Source: Flavobacteriaceae bacterium (GTDB taxonomy: Bacteria > Bacteroidota > Bacteroidia > Flavobacteriales > Flavobacteriaceae). From it: a stretch of DNA of 32,000 nucleotides. Positions within the stretch are counted from its first letter, which is position 1; every line of letters begins with the position of its first letter. Where the stretch lies: positions 1,980,001 to 2,012,000 of the forward strand of contig OZ245049.1 in the NCBI GenBank assembly GCA_965224465.1, in the 5' to 3' direction. Positions 8,563-15,246 of this stretch are shown piece by piece. A model generated the notes under the pieces. That model was not told the origin of the DNA, searched no databases, and was given only the letters and a program-made list of their open reading frames with translations. A program made the translations under genes and the position numbers.

Positions 8563-9692
8563 TGAAACAAAAAATCACACTCTCTATCGCATCCCTTCTA
8601 TGTAGTTATCTTCTATTTACTTTTTTACAGACCCCACAAGAAAGTCCAACATACGAAGCCCTCTTGAACACCTATAAACAGGCACCAGCACTCTGGCCAA
8701 AACCATTTATAGACAGTACGGTAAACTGGACAGAATTAGGCATGCTCCCGAAAGCTATATTTAGAAACAACAGTCTAAGAAATGAGGAGGAAATAGCACT
8801 AGGACATCAATTATTTTTTGACCCAAGACTCTCTAGATCCAAGCAAATTGCCTGTGCATCTTGCCATCATCCAGATCAAAACTGGACAGACAATAGACGC
8901 GTATCTCTTGGACACAATCTCCAACAAGGAAAAAGAAATGCCCCTACCATTTTAAATTTAAGTCAGACCAAATTACTTTTTTGGGACGGCCGGGCTACAA
9001 GTATAGAAGATCAAGTACACTTCCCTATGAATGATGGTGTAGAGATGAATGCACCTAACAAATTGGTAGAAAACCGTGTAGCAGCTATAGAAGGATACAG
9101 AAATTCCTTTAAAAAAATATACCATATAGACCGCATTACAATCACTGCAATAAGCAATGCAATCGGCGCCTTTGAACGTAGCATTATCAGTAGAAAATCA
9201 AAATTCGACCGATTTTTAGAAGGTAAAAAAGAATTAAGTTTTAGTGAGTTAAGAGGTCTTCACCTATTTAGAACCAAAGCTAGGTGCATGAACTGCCATA
9301 ACGGCCCCTTATTTACAGATGATAGTTTTCATAATATTGGCCTCACCTATTACAAAAGAAAATACGAAGACTTAGGACGCTACAATCAGACCCATAAAAA
9401 AGAGGATGTTGGAAAATTCAGAACACCGATACTAAGAGATGTTATGTTTACTGGCCCATGGATGCACAACGGAATTTTTAACAGTATGCCTGGTATTTTG
9501 AATATGTATTCCGCAGGAATGCCTAGACCAAAACCTAGAGAAGGACAAGAAAATGATTCCCTATTCCCTGTAACTTCTCCATTGCTTAAAAATTTAGATT
9601 TAACAAAACAAGACAAAGAAGACATCATCGCTTTTTTACAAGCAATTTCTTCAAAATCTTTAAAAATTCCATTTCCAGATTTACCTAAATAA
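8562..9692 (+). CDS. Di-haem cytochrome c peroxidase / MauG-family enzyme
   Basis: Two CxxCH haem motifs: CASCH (8853-8867) and CMNCH (9285-9299). Family motifs LFFDPRLS, WDGRATSIEDQ and FRTPILRDVMFTGPWMHNG are present. The N-terminus is signal/anchor-like. The ATG at 8562 overlaps the TGA (8560-8562) of the upstream barrel gene (TGATG), implying translational coupling. Confidence 0.85.
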   Translation: MKQKITLSIASLLCSYLLFTFLQTPQESPTYEALLNTYKQAPALWPKPFIDSTVNWTELGMLPKAIFRNNSLRNEEEIALGHQLFFDPRLSRSKQIACASCHHPDQNWTDNRRVSLGHNLQQGKRNAPTILNLSQTKLLFWDGRATSIEDQVHFPMNDGVEMNAPNKLVENRVAAIEGYRNSFKKIYHIDRITITAISNAIGAFERSIISRKSKFDRFLEGKKELSFSELRGLHLFRTKARCMNCHNGPLFTDDSFHNIGLTYYKRKYEDLGRYNQTHKKEDVGKFRTPILRDVMFTGPWMHNGIFNSMPGILNMYSAGMPRPKPREGQENDSLFPVTSPLLKNLDLTKQDKEDIIAFLQAISSKSLKIPFPDLPK

Positions 9693-9764
9693 TCACTAAA
9701 AAATATAGATTTAAACAACTAGCAGCTAACTAAAAAGATTGATAATATCTATATTAACAATGCA

Positions 9765-10703
9765 TTACATAGGTATAAACATAATATACCCTAAAGAGAA
9801 CAGGGCTATAAACCCCCACAGAATCAATGCCATAACAAAAGGTTTATAGCCCATATCTCGCATATCTTTTACAGAAATACTCGTCCCCACTAGAAAAAGA
9901 GTCACTACTAATAATTTTTTCGAAACAAGAACAATAATAGTGGACAATTCTAGAGGAAACAACTCAAAATCAGAAATAAAAATAGCGACTATAAATAACA
10001 AAATAAAATAAGGAAGTCGAATCGTATTGGCATTGGTTTTAAATACAAACATAGAAAACAAGGATAGCGGCACAATCCATAACGTTCTGGATAATTTTAC
10101 CGTAGTCGCAATTTTCAACGCTTCTTCGCCATAACTCAACGCTGCTCCTACAACAGAACTGGTATCGTGAATAGCAATGGCACACCAGAGACCAAAATCA
10201 TGCTGGCTTAAGCCTAACAAATGTCCGATCATCGGAAAAAGCAACAATGCAACAGCATTTAACAAAAACACAATGCCTAATGCTATACTGATAACCTTTG
10301 TATCAGCTTTTATAACGGGGGCTACTGCAGCAATAGCACTACCACCACAAATAGTTGTCCCAGAGGTTAGTAAATAACCTAGTTTTTTATCAATCTTCAT
10401 ATACTTCAGGAGCAATAGCCCTAAAAAAACAGTTGTAAAAATAGAGGAAAAAGTAAGTCCAAAACTTGTTTTTGTTGTTGCTATAGTTTCCCTAAGATGC
10501 ATCCCAAACCCCAGCCCTACGACAGCAATTTTCAATAAAAACTGAATACAACTATGAAGGTGTTTTTTAAAAGGAACTCCCATAAATAAAGAAAAACAAG
10601 CTCCAAGCAATAAAGCCATGACTCCGTTTAACAAACCAAAAAAGGCAGCAGAAATACAGCCAACAAAAAGTAGTCTTACACTAAAATAACGCATTTTATT
10701 CAC
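9765..10703 (-). CDS. yeiH: YeiH/UPF0324-family (putative sulfate-exporter-type) membrane transporter
   Basis: Polytopic membrane protein with TSGTTICGGSAIAAVAPVI, AIAIHDTSSVVGAAL and TVKLSRTLWIVP, matching motifs I recall for PF03601/YeiH. It lies next to a LysR regulator, as yeiH does with yeiE in E. coli. Confidence 0.7.
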   Translation of the reverse strand: MNKMRYFSVRLLFVGCISAAFFGLLNGVMALLLGACFSLFMGVPFKKHLHSCIQFLLKIAVVGLGFGMHLRETIATTKTSFGLTFSSIFTTVFLGLLLLKYMKIDKKLGYLLTSGTTICGGSAIAAVAPVIKADTKVISIALGIVFLLNAVALLLFPMIGHLLGLSQHDFGLWCAIAIHDTSSVVGAALSYGEEALKIATTVKLSRTLWIVPLSLFSMFVFKTNANTIRLPYFILLFIVAIFISDFELFPLELSTIIVLVSKKLLVVTLFLVGTSISVKDMRDMGYKPFVMALILWGFIALFSLGYIMFIPM

Positions 10704-10774
10704 TTGTTTTATAACATGACAAATATACGTCTAAGACATAACTAATCAGAGAACAAAAAGCGACGGCTGCATAA

Positions 10775-11659
10775 CTAAAAGTTATAATTGTTTTTAGAAA
10801 ATCGTTCAAACTGATCCATTAAAACAGATTGATACCCTGTACGAGACACAAAGTAAAACCAACGCTCTATAGAGAACCCTTTGACATCTATTATTTTAAG
10901 TTTATTAGCAATTAAATCTTCACTTACTGCATGGATAGAAATAAAAGCATACGCATTTGAATAATACAAATAATGCTTTATTGCCTCTGTACTATTTAAA
11001 GTTACAGCTGTTTCAAGTGAAGAAATCTGATGCAATTCAAGGGCAGACTGAATAATATCTCTTGTTCCAGACCCATGCTCACGCATTACAAAAGACATTT
11101 TATACAATGATTTTTTATCAATCTCATCATTTTTAAAAAGGTTGTTACTGGCATTTGTAACCAGTACAATTTCATCTTTCACAAACTGATTAAACTGTAG
11201 TTGCGGATTTGTGTTTTTACCTTCGGTAATCCCAAAATCTAACTCTTGGTTGAGGATTAATGTTTCAATACTCTCTGAATTCCCACTTTTTATATCAAAG
11301 CAGGTCTGAGGAAACTGCTTCCTAAAATTAGCAATCACTTTTGGAATCAAATAATTAGCCACGGTAGTACTCACACCAAATTTCAAAAACGCAGGAATAG
11401 GTTCTTTTGTATTTATAAAACAATCGTCCATTTCTGAATACACACTTAAAATACGGTTAACATATTTTAAAAACATTTCCCCTTCGTGGGTAAGTTCTAT
11501 TGAATTTCGTTTTCGTATAAAAAAAGTAGATTTATAGGCTTCCTCTAAATTACGAACCGCCTTAGAAACCGCTGGCTGAGAGATAAACAACTGCTCCGCC
11601 GCTTTTGTAAAACTAGCATGATAAGCTACGGTTTTAAAAATATGTAATTTTGTTTTCAT
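10775..11659 (-). CDS. LysR-family transcriptional regulator
   Basis: N-terminal wHTH FKTVAYHASFTKAAEQLFISQPAVSKAVRNLEE followed by a LysR substrate-binding-type C-terminal region; 294 aa. Confidence 0.85.
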   Translation of the reverse strand: MKTKLHIFKTVAYHASFTKAAEQLFISQPAVSKAVRNLEEAYKSTFFIRKRNSIELTHEGEMFLKYVNRILSVYSEMDDCFINTKEPIPAFLKFGVSTTVANYLIPKVIANFRKQFPQTCFDIKSGNSESIETLILNQELDFGITEGKNTNPQLQFNQFVKDEIVLVTNASNNLFKNDEIDKKSLYKMSFVMREHGSGTRDIIQSALELHQISSLETAVTLNSTEAIKHYLYYSNAYAFISIHAVSEDLIANKLKIIDVKGFSIERWFYFVSRTGYQSVLMDQFERFSKNNYNF

Positions 11660-11796
11660 AGGAACGGAGATCTATTGCTATTCAACTACAAATGTACACT
11701 TTTGAAAAGTGAGTATCTGAATCGATTTACAATATAATAAACGCAAACTCAATCAGAAGGAGGGTTTTAATAAAAAAACACGAACGTACGCTGTAA

Positions 11797-11839
11797 CACA
11801 AAAAAGGAAAAGAGGTAGCCAAACTAAATCGGCACCTCT
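11797..11839 (-). terminator. Rho-independent terminator after the LipL32-like gene
   Basis: On the minus strand, agaggtgcc / ggctacctct form a hairpin (plus-strand 11811-11839, one bulge, 10-nt loop) followed by ttttccttttttg. Confidence 0.6.
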
Positions 11840-11871
11840 ATTCCCTCCTAACCATTACACTAAAGATTTAC

Positions 11872-12555
11872 TTAAAATCCCTTTTTCAATTCTTCTATTG
11901 TTTTTGCTAAAACAACTCCTGGTAATTTAACTGGAGCAGCTACTTCAGCTAAAAAAGTTCCTTTAACTTCACCTCTTTTGTACGTTGTAAACCCAATTCT
12001 GTACAAACCAACAGTTAATGCTCTTAAAGGATTACTTACTTCACTTTTATATCTAAGTAACGAGTTGTATTTTCTCCCACTTGGTTGTTTTGGCATTTCG
12101 CTGCTATCATCATTAGAAGCAAGAGTTGTCCAAGTCGCGTTTTTAGCTCCTTCTACACTTACATCTCCTTTTTTAATAATAGTAGATCTTTCCAAGGTAA
12201 TATACGTATCAAAATAATCCTTTGACGATGCATTATCAATGTAAGACTGTGATTTTGTAGCTTTTTTAGCTTTTGTTTTCCCTACAGGAGACATCATTCT
12301 AATTCCTAATTCTGGAGCTACTGCTGGTACCCACAAGTACAAGTAATAAAACTTTTTTCCATCTTTAGTTTCGTCTTGATTTCCTGGTGCAGCATATCCT
12401 AAATAAGTAGTTTTATCAGTATAAGGCACTCTTATTGTTCTTGGTCCTATTTTCTTTTCTATTGAGCTACCAAATTTTTTCAATTTTTGCGCATTTGTAG
12501 ATACCGTAAAAATTAAGGTAAATACACTTAAAAGTAACATGATTTTTGTTTTCAT
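11872..12555 (-). CDS. LipL32-family protein (homologue of the Leptospira major outer-membrane lipoprotein), secreted and apparently not lipidated
   Basis: Collinear motif matches to LipL32 as I recall it. [26 protein letters not shown] matches [37 protein letters not shown] matches [21 protein letters not shown] matches [32 protein letters not shown] matches [23 protein letters not shown]. The signal peptide [23 protein letters not shown] has no lipobox Cys. Confidence 0.8.
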   Translation of the reverse strand: [227 protein letters not shown]

Positions 12556-12618
12556 AATCTAATAATTATACTATTTATAGTTGTTTTTTTATTTTATTTT
12601 GGACCTAAATTTAGTATC

Positions 12619-13227
12619 CTAAAGAAGTTCAAAAGATACGGTTACACTATATACCTGTGCCGCATTAGAACCGTAACCATCTACGGACTGAGAGCTTCCT
12701 CCCACATTTACAATGCCTATGATCTTTCCTAATTTCCTGTGTTGCTTTTTTGCAAGTTTTAATGCAAACTCCTTTGCATTCTCAATAGCTTTGTTTGATA
12801 AATTCACCATCTCATCAACTGAAAGATCCTTTGCTTTAACCTCAACATTGGTGATATTTACGCCATTCATATAAATTTTAGTAAATGCTCTTATCTTTTT
12901 TAAAGATTTAGTTTTATAGTTATACACTACTTTCTTTTTCTTTTCAGAAATAGAAAAGAGTTCGTAGGGTATATTTTCCTTGAAATCCTTAAAATCAATA
13001 CCAATCTCCTGTAACTTTACTTGGAATTTCTGACTAATATCATTCAATGATATCGACTCCAAATTTTGGTAATTATCTGATTTTATCTCACTTAATATAA
13101 CAATAGCATTGTATTCCTTTATTTCAACCTTTCGTGACACTTCCCCTAAGACTGTAATTGTATTTGGAGCTATTTGCGCCAAAAGAGGTGTCATTATCAA
13201 GAGAAATATATATGTAATTTTTTTCAT
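12619..13227 (-). CDS. SIMPL-domain (DUF541/BP26-like) secreted protein
   Basis: Signal peptide MKKITYIFLLIMTPLLAQ. The N-terminal ITVLGEVSRKVEI and C-terminal AAQVYSVTVSFELL bracket an alpha/beta region (AIENAKEFALKLAKKQHRKLGKIIGI), the typical SIMPL layout. Confidence 0.6.
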   Translation of the reverse strand: MKKITYIFLLIMTPLLAQIAPNTITVLGEVSRKVEIKEYNAIVILSEIKSDNYQNLESISLNDISQKFQVKLQEIGIDFKDFKENIPYELFSISEKKKKVVYNYKTKSLKKIRAFTKIYMNGVNITNVEVKAKDLSVDEMVNLSNKAIENAKEFALKLAKKQHRKLGKIIGIVNVGGSSQSVDGYGSNAAQVYSVTVSFELL

Positions 13228-13281
13228 TTTTTATTTTTTTTTAGGACTTTGAATTCATCAAATAAGGGTACTAACCTTTTC

Positions 13282-13701
13282 TTATAAGAATAAGATAGAT
13301 GCCACGATCATCCATGCACCCACAATCAATCCTACAACACCCAATTTCCCTTGTTTTGGCGCTAATTTCTCACGTAAAAGCATTGCTTTTTCTTTTGCTT
13401 TTTCGTTTTTTGATAAGAAAAACTTATTAATAAGTCCAAATCCTAACATAAATCCTAACACTGCTTGTACAACACTTCCTGCCAATAATGTTGCCCACCA
13501 AACTGGTAACGTAGTAATCCATCCTAAATTCAATATAGATGTAATGATACCCCACACACCACTAAAACAAAAGAAAATTCCAATCCAACCTTGGTATGGT
13601 TCTACTTTAGCTAAAAGCTCTTTTGCATTTGGCTTTTTTGCAAGTAATAAAGAAGGTACTGCGATGATACTTAATAAGATTAAAGAAATTCCGTAAAACA
13701 T
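13282..13701 (-). CDS. Small integral membrane protein (about 4 TM helices), function unknown
   Basis: The track ORF starts at TTG (13743). The first ATG at 13701 gives [20 protein letters not shown]... Hydrophobic segments alternate with a K/E-rich loop ([23 protein letters not shown]). Confidence 0.55.
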   Translation of the reverse strand: MFYGISLILLSIIAVPSLLLAKKPNAKELLAKVEPYQGWIGIFFCFSGVWGIITSILNLGWITTLPVWWATLLAGSVVQAVLGFMLGFGLINKFFLSKNEKAKEKAMLLREKLAPKQGKLGVVGLIVGAWMIVASILFL

Positions 13702-14040
13702 AATTTTATTTTTTATATGATTAATTGTAATGCTTGTGTTCAACTATTAAACACTTATTATTTACACTACAAAAGTATTGGAATCATGCAAGGTGATACA
13801 CCCTAGAAATAGTGAAAAGACACCCCCTGAAAACAGGGTAGTCCACTTTAGAACATTCATTTTTTATGTTCAGACTCCTTTATCCCTTTATACAGCCATA
13901 TGACGCAAAGGATTTTTAAGCCCCCACCAATTAAATTTCAAATCATACACATCGATTAAGATATGGACTACTTTAACAAACCGTAATACACTATATTAGC
14001 TCCTTTTATTTTCTCTATTTGTAACATCAAAAACTGAATA

Positions 14041-14125
14041 GCCTCGCCCCAAGGGCACGAGGTATACTTCCAAAAAACTGTTTTTATTTCGAGGCAGGAC
14101 TGCTGATAATTAAACCGTCAATAAG
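14041..14125 (-). repeat. Family-2 intergenic repeat, copy 1 (about 85 bp)
   Basis: The reverse complement tattgacggtttaattatcagcagtcctgcctcgaaataaaaacag...acctcgtgcccttggggcgaggc aligns with 17401-17481 (cattgaggttttaattcccctaagcgctacctcgaaatagaaaataa...gctcgctcccttgggttgagg). Confidence 0.6.
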
Positions 14126-14131
14126 GGAGTC

Positions 14132-14287
14132 ATACCAATTACAATACAAAACGACCGATATAAATAGTTTATTTTACATTCTAGCGTTGTTGAAAACAGA
14201 ACGATATATAAGGCCTATCCTTAGATTTTCCGCCTAGTTAAAACATAATTCCTTTTCTAAACCATCACTTGGAAATATAGTTGGTAT
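14132..14287 (-). repeat. Family-1 intergenic repeat, copy C (full length, inverted orientation)
   Basis: The reverse complement ataccaactatatttccaagtgatggtttagaaaaggaattatgttttaactaggcggaaaatctaaggataggccttatatatcgttctgttttcaacaacgctagaatgtaaaataaactatttatatcggtcgttttgtattgtaattggtat aligns end to end with 31342-31503. The termini ataccaa...ttggtat are inverted repeats. Confidence 0.85.
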
Positions 14288-14501
14288 CAAATGCGAAAAT
14301 AATTTCCCTAAATAAGCTCTAGTAGAAACAGGATATAAAAACATTGTACAGCACCTAGCAATTAAAAAAACGTGTGTCCGTGGTCCCTAACTGTATCGTT
14401 TTAAACACATGCATCTTTTTACATTTAAATTTAAAAAAACTTTTTTTTGAAGCGCTAAAACTACACTGTAAAACACAGCATTTTCACCTATGAATAAAGC
14501 G

Positions 14502-14546
14502 AAAAAAAACGGGTAGAAACACCATCGTTCCTACCCGTTTTTTTTT
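14502..14546 (-). terminator. Rho-independent (bidirectional-looking) terminator after the response-regulator gene
   Basis: cgggtagaaac / gttcctacccg form an 11-bp stem with one mismatch (14510-14537). An A8 run lies on the left and a T9 run on the right. It sits 16 bp beyond the stop of the 14562..15212 gene. Confidence 0.8.
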
Positions 14547-14561
14547 AATTAATGATCTATC

Positions 14562-15212
14562 TTAATCTACATATCCCTTTTTTAAAGCATATTTAGTCAA
14601 ACCTGCCAAATTACGCACATCCAATTTTATAATCAAATTTTTTCTATAGCTCTCTATAGTATGTTTACTTAAAAACAATTTATCTGCTATTTCGATGGTT
14701 GTAAACTCCTCCGCTATTAAGGTAACTACTTGCACCTCTCTTTTGGTTAACTTAACATTGTTTACTGTCTTTTGCTGAAATTTATTTTTCATATAAACTG
14801 ATGTAATCTCTTTTGAAAAATATTTTTCCCCATTTAAGATCATCTTAACAGCCGTCAAAAACTCTTCTTTCCTCGTGTTTTTATTCATGTAACCATCTAC
14901 CTCATTTTCTATCAACCTATCAATCATATCAGGAACAGAATGCATACTTACAACTAATGTTTTTATATGCTTATTATTTTTCTTCAAAAAGGCATTCAGT
15001 TCTATTCCATCCATTTCTGGCATGGAAATATCTGTAATCACTAAATCTATTACAATATCTTTATTGATACTTAAAAACTTAACAACTTCCTTTCCTGTTT
15101 TCGCGGTCAATACAATATTATAATCATCCTCGGTTTTTAAAATACTTACCAATCCATCCAAAAACATACTGTGATCGTCAGCAATCATAATATTATATTT
15201 CATGTGTTTCAT
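14562..15212 (-). CDS. NarL/LuxR-family two-component response regulator
   Basis: Receiver domain (IMIADDH, LVITDISMPEMDG, KTLVVSMH) plus a C-terminal LuxR HTH (LTKREVQVVTLIAEEFTTIEIADKLFLSKHTIESYRKNLIIKL). Confidence 0.9.
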   Translation of the reverse strand: MKHMKYNIMIADDHSMFLDGLVSILKTEDDYNIVLTAKTGKEVVKFLSINKDIVIDLVITDISMPEMDGIELNAFLKKNNKHIKTLVVSMHSVPDMIDRLIENEVDGYMNKNTRKEEFLTAVKMILNGEKYFSKEITSVYMKNKFQQKTVNNVKLTKREVQVVTLIAEEFTTIEIADKLFLSKHTIESYRKNLIIKLDVRNLAGLTKYALKKGYVD

Positions 15213-15246
15213 TTATTAATTATGTTCATACGCGTTCCTAAACATT

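Noticed and set aside
2885-9718. Short minus-strand ORFs inside the outer-membrane cluster (2885..3091, 3746..4015, 6631..6900, 7188..7376, 7370..7576, 7615..7836, 9386..9718)
   Set aside because: All lie antisense within, or overlap the ends of, long well-supported plus-strand genes. They have no motifs and are expected by chance in AT-rich DNA.
2709-9764. The four-gene OM cluster considered as a horizontally acquired genomic island
   Set aside because: There is no flanking tRNA, integrase or direct repeats. By eye, base composition and codon style do not differ from neighbouring genes. The adjacent tnpA is a dead remnant. I cannot compute composition statistics here, so this rejection is provisional.
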